In this document: piece after piece, positions 8,880 to 19,339 of the stretch
Position numbering within the stretch: position 1 is the first letter of the stretch
Layout of the letters: each line of letters starts with the position of its first letter
Position numbers and translations under genes: made by a program
NCBI GenBank assembly: GCA_000166095.1
Contig: CP002278.1
Span: 150,001 to 182,000, forward strand
Reading direction: 5' to 3'
DNA: 32,000 bases
From: Methanothermus fervidus DSM 2088
GTDB lineage: Archaea > Methanobacteriota > Methanobacteria > DSM-2088 > Methanothermaceae
Notes under the pieces: generated by a model
The model's input: only the letters and a program-made list of their open reading frames with translations
What the model was told of the DNA's origin: nothing
Databases searched by the model: none

Positions 8880-10790
8880 TTAAACTTTTTGTACTTTTGC
8901 ATTACATATCTCTTTTAAAATAGGTATACATGATACTCCTAAATATATTCCTGAGACGCTTGTATCATAGATGTAAAGTTCAATACCTTCTTTTTTAATG
9001 TTTTTTGCTAAGTTTACCATTTCTTTTTCAATGTCATCTGTCAGTGGAACATTTGCTCTACCATCTGTTATCATAAATGCTTTTACTTTTAATGATTCTT
9101 CTTTCATCTTTTCTCTTTTAGATAATGAAATAAGTTGTTGTAATGCGGAAGATAATGGTGTTCTACCACCAGTGGGGGCTCGTTCAATTTCATCTACAAT
9201 TTGCCAATAATTTTTTGTAGGAGGTACTACTATTTCTGATTTAAAGCCTTTGGCGAGTATAAATGCCATTTTAGATCTTTTTGTGTATCCATCTTCAATG
9301 AGTTTTTCTGCAATACCTTTAGCAATTCTTATTCTTTTCTTTACAGCCATGCTTCCACTAGAATCCAATATAATTACCCAAAGGGTAGGGGCTTTCACAC
9401 GTCTAACTCTTATTCTGATATCATCTTTTTCAAATTTAACTGGAAGTTTTCTTTCCCTAAGCATTGCATGTATTATGGAATTATATAAGTCAATGTCATT
9501 TGCAGATTCATCTTTATTTGAGGATAAGGGTATATGAGCTACTGGTATCCCTTTTGGCTGATTTATAGTTGTCATTGTAATGTCTCTTGAAGACCTATGC
9601 GCAGAACCACTGAATTTTATCTTTTTTTTAGAATCTATCTCTGGAACTTCTGTCTTTAGAGGTGGAAAAAAAGTGTCATCAAACCTCCTACTACCGAAAT
9701 CTTCACGATCAGAACTTCTATTCAATTTCTGTTTTTTACTACTTCTTATCCTGCTTCGAAAAAATTTTGTCTTAGGTAAAGATTTCCCACCTTCTTTTCT
9801 TCTTTGGAAAGGCTTATCTTTTAGTCTGTGTTTTAATGTTAGTTCCATTGCTTTTTCAATGTCTTCCATAGAAACTTTTTTTCTGCCGTCAAGAGCAGAA
9901 ATTGACTTAGCTGTCTTTATAGTTGCTATCTCAGCCCTATTTGTTTTTATTCCTAATTTAATTATTGTTTCTGCAAGTAATTCTAAAAGATCTTCATCAA
10001 CTTTAACTTTTGGTAATAATTCTCTTGCTTTGACAATTTTTTTTGTTAGCTCTTCTTCCTCTTTTTTGTATTTTTCATAAAATTCTACAGGGTCTTTTTG
10101 GAATTCTTCAGTCCTTCTAACAATTTCAATTCTCTCCTCTGGATTCATAGGTGCAGATATTTCAACACACAGACCAAATCTATCTAATATTTGCGGTCTT
10201 AATTCTCCTTCCTCTGGGTTCATGCTTCCTACTAATATAAATCTTGCAGGATGTCTAAATGAAATTCCTTCCCTCTCTATTGTGTTCCATCCCATTGCAG
10301 CTGCATCTAAAAGAGAATCTGCAATATAATCATCAAGTAAATTGACTTCATCTATATATAGAACACCTCTATTTGCTTCCGCCATTAATCCAGGATTTAA
10401 AGCTTTCTTACCTTCCTTTAAAAACTTTGTAACGTCTATAGTACCTATCAGTCTATCTATAGTTATACTTAGTGGTAAGTTAACAAAGCTCATTTTTCTT
10501 TTTTCTACCGGTAATTTTTCATTGGATGAAAAGCGTTCGTAACAATCATCACACATTTCAAGCGGATTGTTTGGGTTGCATCTAAATTCACAATCTGCAA
10601 CTACTTCAATCTCAGGTAGTATGTTTGTTAATGATCTAACTAGCGTAGATTTACCTGTTCCCTTATCACCTTTTAGTAAAACACCACCTATCAACGGATT
10701 TACAGCAACACATAAAAGAGCTGTCTTAGCTTCTTCTTGACCAACAACAGCGGAAAATGGGAAACTTAATTGCCTTTCACAATATTCCAT
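8880..10790 (-). CDS. magnesium/cobalt chelatase-type AAA+ and VWA fusion (ChlI+ChlD-like), probable CobN partner
   Basis: Walker A LLKGDKGTGKSTLV, Walker B GVLYIDEVNLLDD, NPEEGELRPQILDRFGL, a linker, then MIDAS ILDSSGSMAVKKR. Confidence 0.93.
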   Translation of the reverse strand: MEYCERQLSFPFSAVVGQEEAKTALLCVAVNPLIGGVLLKGDKGTGKSTLVRSLTNILPEIEVVADCEFRCNPNNPLEMCDDCYERFSSNEKLPVEKRKMSFVNLPLSITIDRLIGTIDVTKFLKEGKKALNPGLMAEANRGVLYIDEVNLLDDYIADSLLDAAAMGWNTIEREGISFRHPARFILVGSMNPEEGELRPQILDRFGLCVEISAPMNPEERIEIVRRTEEFQKDPVEFYEKYKKEEEELTKKIVKARELLPKVKVDEDLLELLAETIIKLGIKTNRAEIATIKTAKSISALDGRKKVSMEDIEKAMELTLKHRLKDKPFQRRKEGGKSLPKTKFFRSRIRSSKKQKLNRSSDREDFGSRRFDDTFFPPLKTEVPEIDSKKKIKFSGSAHRSSRDITMTTINQPKGIPVAHIPLSSNKDESANDIDLYNSIIHAMLRERKLPVKFEKDDIRIRVRRVKAPTLWVIILDSSGSMAVKKRIRIAKGIAEKLIEDGYTKRSKMAFILAKGFKSEIVVPPTKNYWQIVDEIERAPTGGRTPLSSALQQLISLSKREKMKEESLKVKAFMITDGRANVPLTDDIEKEMVNLAKNIKKEGIELYIYDTSVSGIYLGVSCIPILKEICNAKVQKV

Positions 10791-13700
10791 ACTTTTTCCA
10801 CCTTTTTCATATTATTCTTCCAATTATCAACATCATTAATAGAATAAATATTAATTATTCCACCTTGTATTTCTCCTTTTCCAACTTCATCTTCTAATGT
10901 GCTTTCAATTTCCATATATAGATGTTTTAAACTTCTAATTGTTTTTTTATCGGCTTTCCACAACTTTCTTTCATAAGCCTCTAATAATCTCCTTGTAATC
11001 TCCTCTAATGCGTAAGGATTATGTTTTTTAAACCATTCTTTCATTTTGGAATATTTTTTAAATATGTTGTCAAATACCCAGTCATTAACTAATCCAGTTG
11101 TTGACTGCCAGCCATAAAGATGGAGAATCTTTTTTGAAAATTCATTTGCTCCTCTATACCCATGCTTTTTCATGTTTTTGATCCACTCATCATTCAATAA
11201 TTTACTCCTCACTATTCTTTCTATTTCTTTTTTCACATTGATAACCTTTATGTTTGAAATATCGCGCGTATCAACTTGTAATGTTTCTGTTTTCTTTCCT
11301 CTCAATGTATCTACAGCTGCTTTAAATCCTCCCTGGAATGCGAAATATCCACAGCAATTTGTTAACTCATGTTCATCACTTACATGATTCCTTGTTATTA
11401 CATCAACTTTTCTTAAATTAAGTGTCAATGATTCTGGAGCTTTAACACCAAATCTATCTTTTGAATAGGCATGATCACTCCATTTAATCCATATTTTTCC
11501 AAGTTCTTCCTTGTTTTTCCAGGCTGATGATTCAACAGCATAATTTACGCCAGCTCCATATGCTCCTGGCGGGGTTGAAAATATTCTATATTTTGCAAAT
11601 TCTTTAGCTCTTTTTACACCCATTCTTGAAAGTTCCTTTAAATTTTCTATATAATGTTTTTTAACATAGTTTTTATGAAGAGGTTCTTTGGCTTTAATAA
11701 CCTTTTTCACGGCTTCATCAATTATTTCTATGTAATTTGGCAGTGTATCACGTGTTATACCACTTATCCTCACTAAAACATCAATTCTTGGTCTCTTCAA
11801 TTTATTTAGAGGTATTACCTCAACTCCAACAACTTTATCATTTTTCCATTTAGGTTTTACACCCAATAAATATAATATTTGAGATAGCTGTTCTCCATCG
11901 GCTTTATATCCATCTATACTCCATAGAACCTGACCAACAGTTTCAGGGAACTTTCCATATTTGTTTTTATAAAATTTCAATAATTTTTCAGCTGTTTTAA
12001 CGCCAATTTTCCATGCAGCTTTTGTTGGAATTTCTGTAGGATCTACCGCATAGAAATTTCTGCCTGTAGGTATTATTTCATATTTACCGCGTGCCAAAGA
12101 TCCTGAAGGTCCTGGTTCAACAAATTCAAAATTCAATGCTTTTATAAGTCCTTTAATTTCTTTTTTACATTTTTTGATTCTATTAGATAAGTCAGCAGCT
12201 TTATTCAATAAATTTCTAATTTTCTTTTCATTTTTAACTTGAAAACCTTCTTCTTTAAATTTTTTCACAATTTCAATTTTTTTGTTTGATATAATGTCTT
12301 TCAGTAATTTTTTACCTATATCACAAACTTTCTCTGAAATTTCTTTGTTCATAACACCATTTGTAAAATCTAATGGTTTATTAATGATGTTATTATAATC
12401 AAAACCTAAAGATTCTAATAATACTTTATTTATAGATGTGGTAAGAGAAGTATCATGTGACATAGCTGTAAAAACATATTCACTGAGAATTTTTGGATCT
12501 TCAGGAGGAGTCGCAAATATATGTAATCCAACATTAATTTCTGAGTTTCTAATAAATTCAAGATATTCATGTAATTCTTCAATAACTTTCTTTTCTTCTT
12601 TGCTTTTTATTTTGATATTTTCTTTCTTTGCTTTATCTAATATATTTTCATAAATAATCCTTTTTCTTTTCTTGTCACCTAAATTTCTAGCCTTAACATA
12701 TTGTTTGATCAAAGAATCAAGTTCCTCTAAGTTTTCAGAATATTTCATAGGCGGGTGTAAATGATCTACTATAGTAGCATAACTTCTTCTTTTGGCTATT
12801 ACTCCTTCCATAGGATTAGACACTATGTAAACATACACATGTGGAATTTCGCCAATACTTGCCTCAGGAACACAAGCAGGAGAAAGACCTACACCTTTAC
12901 CTGGTCGAAATTCTAATGATCCATGAGTTCCAAAGTGAATTAAAATGTCATAATTCTTTGATATCCATTTGTAAAAAGCCCACCAATGATGTGGTGGAAC
13001 AATATTGGGGTCATGTAAAATTTTGCATGTTTTTCCATCACATTTTGAGCCTTCACAACCAAATTTTGGCTGTGTAGTAAGCAACACATTGCCAAACTTT
13101 ATACCTGGAATAACAAATTTATTGTTGTAGATCATTCCTCCTTTGTTATTTTTAAGTACTTCATCAGGACTTCCCCAATTTTTTATTATTTTCTTCCTTA
13201 GTTGCTTTGGAAGTTCTTTAAACCAATTAATGTATTCTTTACCGACAAAATCCACAGCTCCACCATTACTAACAATATCTTCAACACTTGTCCATCTGAA
13301 TTCACTTATAGCCCGCTTATTTAAAACCATTTTAATTAATTCTTCTCCATTTTCAGGAATATTTTTGACTTTATATCCATTCTTTTTTAGATGTCTTAAA
13401 ACTTTAACTACACTCTCAGGAACATCTAATCCCATTCCAACTCCAATATTTCCCTCTAAACCTTTGCATGGAGGACTTATTAATACTATGGCTATCTTTA
13501 TATCTTTTCTTGGTTTTTTCCTCAACTTTATCCAATTTTTTACCTTCTTAACAAAATATTTAATATTGGGCTCATATCCTTGTCCTTTATTCTTTCTTCC
13601 ACCAATAAAAATAGGTTCAATAGCTCCTTTTGTTTCTGGAAGGATAACACCATATACCTGTGTTAAATAATCTACACCATTTTCGTTTTTCCATTCTTCA

Positions 13701-14464
13701 ATACTTTGATACCAAGACCTTAGTGGTGAAAATATTGGAACATTTAATTTCTTTACATCAAAATCTTTAATACCAAAAGAAATTAGTGATATTATTGCAT
13801 CAACTATGGGTCTATTTTTCTCAAATAAAAATTTTTTAATAACTTCCATTTTTTCCATGCCAATGCCAGTTACAGGGTCCTTTGTATATGTAAAGATAGG
13901 TATTACTCCCAATCCTTCATTTTCCAAATATTTAATAAGCATGTTTATTTGCGTTAGATCATCATATAACCATTCATTTCTCCAAAAGATAATTCCAACA
14001 AGTGGTCTTTTACCATATTTTTCCACGTATTTTTCTAAATATTTCTTTTTAGATGTCGTAACTCCTAACTCTGGATGATAGATTCCAGAGATTAATGTTT
14101 TCTTTGGCTCATCATATTTTATTTCTTTACCACTTAAATTTATGAGAAATTTAACAAGGTTTCTCAAATTTTCTTTGCCACCATAAATATAGTATTTTCT
14201 GGCCTTGATTAACACTTCTTTATCCACGTTGTTTAATTCTTCTAATGGATAAGAAATAATTTTTGCATCTATATTTTTTAAAACATTTATACATTCATCC
14301 GGCAAACTAGAAGTAAAAACAAAAATTACTTCAGATTTTTTTATTGTGTTAATTTTGTCAACGCATTCTCTGTCTGTTAATACTAACCCATCTATCTTTT
14401 CTTCTTTGAAAATTTCTTTAAGTACTTGTATAGGCCTTGCATCATAACATATAAATGATATCAT
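10766..14464 (-). CDS. cobN: cobaltochelatase subunit CobN
   Basis: HFGTHGSLEFRPGKGVGLSPACVPEASIGEIPHVYVYIVSNPMEGVIAKRR, TPPGAYGAGVNYAVESSAW, and about 1,232 aa length. The track start is 14476; M5 at 14464 (MISFICYD) is plausible. Confidence 0.95.
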   Translation of the reverse strand: MISFICYDARPIQVLKEIFKEEKIDGLVLTDRECVDKINTIKKSEVIFVFTSSLPDECINVLKNIDAKIISYPLEELNNVDKEVLIKARKYYIYGGKENLRNLVKFLINLSGKEIKYDEPKKTLISGIYHPELGVTTSKKKYLEKYVEKYGKRPLVGIIFWRNEWLYDDLTQINMLIKYLENEGLGVIPIFTYTKDPVTGIGMEKMEVIKKFLFEKNRPIVDAIISLISFGIKDFDVKKLNVPIFSPLRSWYQSIEEWKNENGVDYLTQVYGVILPETKGAIEPIFIGGRKNKGQGYEPNIKYFVKKVKNWIKLRKKPRKDIKIAIVLISPPCKGLEGNIGVGMGLDVPESVVKVLRHLKKNGYKVKNIPENGEELIKMVLNKRAISEFRWTSVEDIVSNGGAVDFVGKEYINWFKELPKQLRKKIIKNWGSPDEVLKNNKGGMIYNNKFVIPGIKFGNVLLTTQPKFGCEGSKCDGKTCKILHDPNIVPPHHWWAFYKWISKNYDILIHFGTHGSLEFRPGKGVGLSPACVPEASIGEIPHVYVYIVSNPMEGVIAKRRSYATIVDHLHPPMKYSENLEELDSLIKQYVKARNLGDKKRKRIIYENILDKAKKENIKIKSKEEKKVIEELHEYLEFIRNSEINVGLHIFATPPEDPKILSEYVFTAMSHDTSLTTSINKVLLESLGFDYNNIINKPLDFTNGVMNKEISEKVCDIGKKLLKDIISNKKIEIVKKFKEEGFQVKNEKKIRNLLNKAADLSNRIKKCKKEIKGLIKALNFEFVEPGPSGSLARGKYEIIPTGRNFYAVDPTEIPTKAAWKIGVKTAEKLLKFYKNKYGKFPETVGQVLWSIDGYKADGEQLSQILYLLGVKPKWKNDKVVGVEVIPLNKLKRPRIDVLVRISGITRDTLPNYIEIIDEAVKKVIKAKEPLHKNYVKKHYIENLKELSRMGVKRAKEFAKYRIFSTPPGAYGAGVNYAVESSAWKNKEELGKIWIKWSDHAYSKDRFGVKAPESLTLNLRKVDVITRNHVSDEHELTNCCGYFAFQGGFKAAVDTLRGKKTETLQVDTRDISNIKVINVKKEIERIVRSKLLNDEWIKNMKKHGYRGANEFSKKILHLYGWQSTTGLVNDWVFDNIFKKYSKMKEWFKKHNPYALEEITRRLLEAYERKLWKADKKTIRSLKHLYMEIESTLEDEVGKGEIQGGIINIYSINDVDNWKNNMKKVEKVWNIVKGN

Positions 14465-14538
14465 AGTTACACACAAATTTTGTCCTATGTTTAAAATTTT
14501 TTGTTTATTTTATATTTAAAAATCTTGGGTGGATATAA

Positions 14539-15231
14539 ATGAAAGGAAAATTTATAGGAGTAGGTGTGGGACCAGGAGATCCAGAACTCATGACAGTTAA
14601 AGCAGTTAAAATAATTAAGTCTGTTCCAGTAATATGTGCTCCAAGATCTTCACCTCATAGGCCAAGTATTGCATTAAAAATAATTAAAAATATATTAAAA
14701 AAACGTAATGACAAATATGAAGTCATAGAACCTGTATTTCCTATGATTGAAAATAAAGAAAATCTAAAAAAATATTGGGATCATGCAGCGGAAATTATTT
14801 CTGAACATCTTTCTGAAGGTAAAGATGTTGCATTTGTAACTATTGGTGATCCATCTCTTTATAGTACTTTCACTTACATATGTAGGAGAATTAAGAAAAA
14901 ATTTCAAGTGGAAATGATACCAGGTATATGTTCATTTACAAGTTGTGCTGCTAGTGCATGCCTTCCATTAGCTGAAAAAGATGAAACTTTGCTTATATTA
15001 CCAAATGTAAATAAAAAAATAAAAAAAATTATAGGTTATGTTGATACTGTTGTAGTGATGAAAACATCCCGGCACGGTAATTTATTGAAAAAAATTGTTG
15101 AAGAAGATCCTAGAAAGAAAAAGATAATATCTGTCGTGAATTGTAGCATGAAAAATGAAAAAATTGTTGAAGGTTTTGTAGAGGATGGTGGATATTTATG
15201 TACAACACTTATTAAGTTTTTAAGTGAATAA
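14539..15231 (+). CDS. cbiL: (cobalt-)precorrin-2 C20-methyltransferase CbiL/CobI
   Basis: [35 protein letters not shown]...[22 protein letters not shown]...[23 protein letters not shown]. Confidence 0.9.
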   Translation: MKGKFIGVGVGPGDPELMTVKAVKIIKSVPVICAPRSSPHRPSIALKIIKNILKKRNDKYEVIEPVFPMIENKENLKKYWDHAAEIISEHLSEGKDVAFVTIGDPSLYSTFTYICRRIKKKFQVEMIPGICSFTSCAASACLPLAEKDETLLILPNVNKKIKKIIGYVDTVVVMKTSRHGNLLKKIVEEDPRKKKIISVVNCSMKNEKIVEGFVEDGGYLCTTLIKFLSE

Positions 15232-16185
15232 TTGTTTAACTACCCATTCTGGTTTAAATTCGATTAAATCATCATAATTTTGACCTATACCTAAGAATAG
15301 TATTGGTTTGCCTATAACATAACTTATAGATATTGCAGCACCGCCTCTGGTGTCTGCATCAGCTTTTGTAAGAATTACACCATCAATGCCTATCTTTTCA
15401 TCAAACATTTTTGCTTGTTCTACGGCATCATTGCCTGTAAGTGCATCTCCAACAAAAATTATAAAATCAGGATTTACAACCCTTTTTATTTTTGCCATTT
15501 CTTCCATTAGATTCATGTTTGTCTGCATTCTTCCAGCAGTGTCAATAAGCACAACATCTTTATTTTTAGATTTTGCATGATTTACAGCGTCATATGCCAC
15601 TGCTGCAGGGTCTGACCCTTTTTTGTGTTTTATAACTTTTACTCCAAGTTTTTCTCCATGTTTGGTTATTTGTTCAATTGCACCAGCTCTAAATGTATCT
15701 GCGGCTGCTATAACAGGTACCAATCCTTTTTCCATGAAATATTTAGCTAGTTTAGCAATAGTAGTTGTTTTACCTGTTCCATTCACACCAACAAACAATA
15801 TGACAAATGGTTTTTTCTTTATTTTTAATAAATCCTCAACGTTGCTATCTGTTTTTAAGATCTCAAGTATTGCATTTTTTAAAGCATTTCTTGTGTATTT
15901 ATCAATATCAGTGCTTCTTTTAACTTTTTTACCAACTAATTCTTTTTTAACAGACTCTGTTATTTTTTCAGCTACTTCTAATGCTACATCTCCCTCTAAT
16001 AATTCTAGTTGCAACTCCCACAAAACGTCTTCTATATCATCTTCAGAAATTGTCTTCTCCTTTATAAAAGAAAAAATACCTGATTTATTTTCCTCTACTT
16101 TACCCTTTTCAATTTCCTTTTTTGATACAGATTTAGTTATTTTTTTTACAGCCTTATTTAATTTATTTTTTAAGGATTCAAACAA
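15220..16185 (-). CDS. ftsY: signal recognition particle receptor FtsY
   Basis: [79 protein letters not shown]. Confidence 0.95.
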   Translation of the reverse strand: MFESLKNKLNKAVKKITKSVSKKEIEKGKVEENKSGIFSFIKEKTISEDDIEDVLWELQLELLEGDVALEVAEKITESVKKELVGKKVKRSTDIDKYTRNALKNAILEILKTDSNVEDLLKIKKKPFVILFVGVNGTGKTTTIAKLAKYFMEKGLVPVIAAADTFRAGAIEQITKHGEKLGVKVIKHKKGSDPAAVAYDAVNHAKSKNKDVVLIDTAGRMQTNMNLMEEMAKIKRVVNPDFIIFVGDALTGNDAVEQAKMFDEKIGIDGVILTKADADTRGGAAISISYVIGKPILFLGIGQNYDDLIEFKPEWVVKQLFT

Positions 16186-16608
16186 TTATTCACTTCCTCT
16201 TACCTTTTTTAATAACTCTTGTGCTTGTGGAGACAATTTTGATATTTCTTCATTGATTTTTTGTAAATCTTTTGATAATCTTTCAACACTTTTTTCTAGT
16301 TCTTTTCTTCGTTTTTTTAACGTAGATTTAGCATCTTTAATACTTTTTTTTATTGCTATTCCAGCACCAACACTCATTATTACATTTTTTGTATCTTTTA
16401 ACTCTGCTAATGCAAATGATCCAGCACCTATTGGTACAAATATTTCTGCGCCTTCTTTCCCATCTATAGCATCTAATGTTTCATCTAACATGTCTAACTC
16501 AGCTATAGTACTACGGATAGTATCTATTTGTTGCTTTATAATTTCAGATTGTTCTTGATATACTTTAAGTTCTGCCAATATTTCCTCTAATTTTTCTTTA
16601 TCTTTCAA
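16186..16608 (-). CDS. pfdA: prefoldin alpha subunit
   Basis: Coiled coil, then EIFVPIGAGSFALAELKDTKNVIMSVGAGIAIKKSIKDAKSTLKKRRKELEKSVERLS. Sits between ftsY and rpl18a, as in many archaea. Confidence 0.85.
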   Translation of the reverse strand: MKDKEKLEEILAELKVYQEQSEIIKQQIDTIRSTIAELDMLDETLDAIDGKEGAEIFVPIGAGSFALAELKDTKNVIMSVGAGIAIKKSIKDAKSTLKKRRKELEKSVERLSKDLQKINEEISKLSPQAQELLKKVRGSE

Positions 16609-16854
16609 TCAGATCACCCTCTCAACTAATTGTCTGATCACTGGATCTTCTATGTCATCAGGATCCTTTATCTTCTCTATTTTTTCTATAATTATTTCAC
16701 GCCGTGATACTCCATGTCTTCCACCAAATTCAGAATAAATTTTTTCATAGACTTCTTTTTTACTGAGAGCTCTTACTTCTTTTGTAAATGGCTGCATTTC
16801 TTCACCCATTTTAAATTTCCCACGAACTTTATAAGTTTTTGTATCCATAATCAT
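16609..16854 (-). CDS. rpl18a: large-subunit ribosomal protein LX / L18a (L20a)
   Basis: YKVRGKFKMGEEMQPFTKEVRALSKKEVYEKIYSEFGGRHGVSRREIIIEKIEKI. Confidence 0.9.
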   Translation of the reverse strand: MIMDTKTYKVRGKFKMGEEMQPFTKEVRALSKKEVYEKIYSEFGGRHGVSRREIIIEKIEKIKDPDDIEDPVIRQLVERVI

Positions 16855-17519
16855 CCCTCAATAAGTCCTAATGCTTCCTCTATTCTTGCAAGTTCAGGTC
16901 CAGTCGTTTCCTTACTAACAAGTACTCCTTTAGAGTTGGCAATCATGCATGACCCTATAAAAATCATGCCATGATTGACGGTTCCAAGATCAGCTGGAAC
17001 TTTTAAAACTTTTTCAACTGTCTCCAATTCTTTTTCTTTAACATCAGGATGTAATAATGCACCTTTATTAGTAGCAATTCCTACTGAACCTACAATAGTA
17101 TAAGTTCCTAACAACAGATCTTTGACATTGACGTCTAATGTGTCTTTGATCGTGTTCACAGCTTCTGGAGAAAATAAAGGACTTATAATTGCACCATAAT
17201 CATTAGATAATATAAGATTTCCAAGAGCGGTGTGTTTGTCTTCAACTATACCTACATTAACACCTATATCCTCTAAAATTTTCATTTCTTGATCCATTAT
17301 ATTGTTTGGGACTAATATGCCATTAGAATTACCTACTGATAATACTCCAACCAATTCACTACCAGCAATAGTAATTTCAAATACTTCTACATCCAAAACT
17401 TCTTTTATGTCTCTTTTCACAGATTTTGGTAAGTGTGTAGATACTAAGGCTATGTCTTCAGTCACTGAAACGTATGCGCCTATAAAGCTTCCTTCAGATA
17501 TTTCAATTCTTTTTATCAT
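16851..17519 (-). CDS. eif6: translation initiation factor aIF-6
   Basis: SFIGAYVSVTEDIALV...GNSNGILVPN...LGNLILSNDYGAIISPLFS...VGSVGIATNKGALLHPDV. Confidence 0.95.
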   Translation of the reverse strand: MIKRIEISEGSFIGAYVSVTEDIALVSTHLPKSVKRDIKEVLDVEVFEITIAGSELVGVLSVGNSNGILVPNNIMDQEMKILEDIGVNVGIVEDKHTALGNLILSNDYGAIISPLFSPEAVNTIKDTLDVNVKDLLLGTYTIVGSVGIATNKGALLHPDVKEKELETVEKVLKVPADLGTVNHGMIFIGSCMIANSKGVLVSKETTGPELARIEEALGLIEG

Positions 17520-17522
17520 GTT

Positions 17523-17768
17523 TTAATCCGCCAAAGAAACTTTAACAACGCCGTCTTCATCTTTAACGGCTTTAACTTTTATTTTGGGAGGTATTTTCTG
17601 AATTCCTCTTTCCCAGACTTTTTCATTTACGGAACGATCTATTTTAACTTCTTCTGCTTTCATATGTCTCTTCATAAATTCTCTTATAAATCTAATTGCT
17701 CTTGGTGCCCTGATGGTCCGTGGTACATTCTTTACCTTTCTTAAAGGTATTGTATAAACTCTCTCCAT
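17523..17768 (-). CDS. rpl31e: ribosomal protein L31e
   Basis: [73 protein letters not shown]. Probable ATG at 17768 (track start is GTG 17777). Confidence 0.93.
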   Translation of the reverse strand: MERVYTIPLRKVKNVPRTIRAPRAIRFIREFMKRHMKAEEVKIDRSVNEKVWERGIQKIPPKIKVKAVKDEDGVVKVSLAD

Positions 17769-17777
17769 AATCCTCAC

Positions 17778-17933
17778 CTATACTTTAAGTTTATTTCTTC
17801 TCCAATGTCTTTCTTTTGGATTTCTAATGTTCCTTCTGCCTGTTTTTAACATTACCCACGCAGGTACACGTCTATTCTGTCTCATGGCTTTAGATAACCT
17901 TATTTTTTTTGCTAAATGTTTGTTTCTACTCAT
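17778..17933 (-). CDS. rpl39e: ribosomal protein L39e (51 aa, absent from supplied ORF track)
   Basis: Hand translation of the minus strand gives [51 protein letters not shown], a full-length L39e in the canonical position next to L31e. Confidence 0.96.
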   Translation of the reverse strand: MSRNKHLAKKIRLSKAMRQNRRVPAWVMLKTGRRNIRNPKERHWRRNKLKV

Positions 17934-17937
17934 GCTA

Positions 17938-18525
17938 TCACTTCCAGCCTATAACTTGTGTTTGATAATGAGATGGTGGAAAATATGATTCAGGTTTTTC
18001 TCCTATTTTTTTTATTAGATATCTTATCTCCACTTCATAATCTGAAGTTTTCATAAGTTTACTATCTATTTTCCTTAATTTAAACAACCGGGCAGATAAC
18101 CTATTTATGGTTTTATGCCCCATACCTCTTAAAGTTATATATTCTATATCATTTTTATCTTCAAGACTTCTTATTTCATCGATATTTAATTTGGGGACCC
18201 TATCATCCCTTCTTGTACCATCTGCAACAACAGGGTACTTTTTAGCAACTTTTTCAACAACTTTTTTATGTAAATAATTTATGCCATTATTTGGAAATCC
18301 ATCCTCAAGTATTTTTTCTACAGCTTTAATAATGATTTTTTTATTTAATTTTAATACTTTATGTTCAAAGTCTAAAGCCTTTGCAGATTCAGCAGCAGCT
18401 TTCCATGAATCATAAATTCCAAAATTAACTGTTACAAGTTCAACATCCATACCTAATCTATCGAGAATCGTAGCCATTAATGAACTATCTTTTCCACCAC
18501 TGAATAAAACACATGCTTTCATCAC
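17938..18525 (-). CDS. archaeal PP-loop superfamily ATPase of unknown substrate
   Basis: [36 protein letters not shown]; PP-loop signature SGGKDSS; the C-terminus has no matching known domain. Confidence 0.75.
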   Translation of the reverse strand: MMKACVLFSGGKDSSLMATILDRLGMDVELVTVNFGIYDSWKAAAESAKALDFEHKVLKLNKKIIIKAVEKILEDGFPNNGINYLHKKVVEKVAKKYPVVADGTRRDDRVPKLNIDEIRSLEDKNDIEYITLRGMGHKTINRLSARLFKLRKIDSKLMKTSDYEVEIRYLIKKIGEKPESYFPPSHYQTQVIGWK

Positions 18526-18869
18526 TACATCCTTTTAATTCTTATTCTTCTTCTCTTACTGCTAATCTTCCTTAACAATTCTTTTAATTGTTTATCAGTT
18601 ATTCTTGAACGAAGCTGACCTGCACTAGCTAGCTGAATTAGCTGAAGTTCTAACTGTTCTACAAGTTCAGGCCTTGCTAATCTTAAGTTTGCTAATCTGC
18701 TTCTAGCTTGTGGTGTTAATATTCTCCTCAATATATGTCTCTTCTGAATCTCAAATTGTCTTCGAATTTGTTCCTTTTGAGCCTCTGATACTTGTTCCCT
18801 TTCTTCAGCCATTGCTTTACGTTGTAATTCTAACAATTTTCTACGTCTTATTTCTTCAATATCTGTCAA
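18525..18869 (-). CDS. PDCD5 (TFAR19) family DNA/nucleic-acid-binding protein
   Basis: EIRRRKLLELQRKAM...EAQKEQIRRQFEIQKRHILRRILTPQARSRLANLRLARPELVEQLELQLIQLA. Confidence 0.93.
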   Translation of the reverse strand: MTDIEEIRRRKLLELQRKAMAEEREQVSEAQKEQIRRQFEIQKRHILRRILTPQARSRLANLRLARPELVEQLELQLIQLASAGQLRSRITDKQLKELLRKISSKRRRIRIKRM

Positions 18870-18891
18870 TATATCATCTCCTTTTATAAAT

Positions 18892-19329
18892 TTAATATTT
18901 ACTAAGCTCAGGAATCTTTTTCTTGATTTTATGTGATAATTTATCTAGGAAAGATCTACCTTCAGGTGTGATAATCCTTCCTTCATCGGTTTTTTCTACA
19001 AATCCAAGTTTTTCTAATTGTTGTAGTCCTTTTCTTACAATTGCTCCGCTGCCTCTCCTAAATCTCTCAGGCCTGGCACCTCTATCCTTTCTTCCACCAT
19101 ACCAAGTTCTTAAACGATTAACACCTACAGGTCCATCCAAATATATGCGTCTAAGTAAAGATGCCAATCTTATGTACCACCAATCAGGATTATCAGGACG
19201 ACGCTCTTTGTGTACACCTGTTTTTACAAACTTAGCCCATTCAGGTGGTTTTATTTCGGATTTTTTCTTTAATTCTTTTGCAACTTCCTCTATAAGTAAA
19301 TCTGCAGGCACATCATAAACTGTTGTCAT
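18892..19329 (-). CDS. rps19e: ribosomal protein S19e
   Basis: [81 protein letters not shown] 19329 is preceded by GGAGG. Confidence 0.95.
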   Translation of the reverse strand: MTTVYDVPADLLIEEVAKELKKKSEIKPPEWAKFVKTGVHKERRPDNPDWWYIRLASLLRRIYLDGPVGVNRLRTWYGGRKDRGARPERFRRGSGAIVRKGLQQLEKLGFVEKTDEGRIITPEGRSFLDKLSHKIKKKIPELSKY

Positions 19330-19339
19330 TTGCAACCTC

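Noticed and set aside
8880-10790. Interpreting the ChlI/ChlD fusion as part of chlorophyll synthesis
   Set aside because: It overlaps cobN, not bchH, and the surrounding genes are corrin-related in an archaeal context. A CobN-partner ATPase is the better call.
10766-14464. Several 70-175 aa ORFs on the opposite strand of cobN (e.g. 11172..11387, 12438..12653, 12841..13077, 13143..13670, 13806..14078)
   Set aside because: They are antisense to a full-length, motif-rich cobN reading frame. Their translations are low-complexity Phe/Ser/Ile-rich, typical of the reverse complement of a Lys/Glu-rich AT-biased gene.
15623-16558. 311-aa plus-strand ORF over ftsY and pfdA
   Set aside because: It spans two well-supported minus-strand genes, has Ser/Phe/Asn-rich low-complexity translation and shows no recognisable domain.
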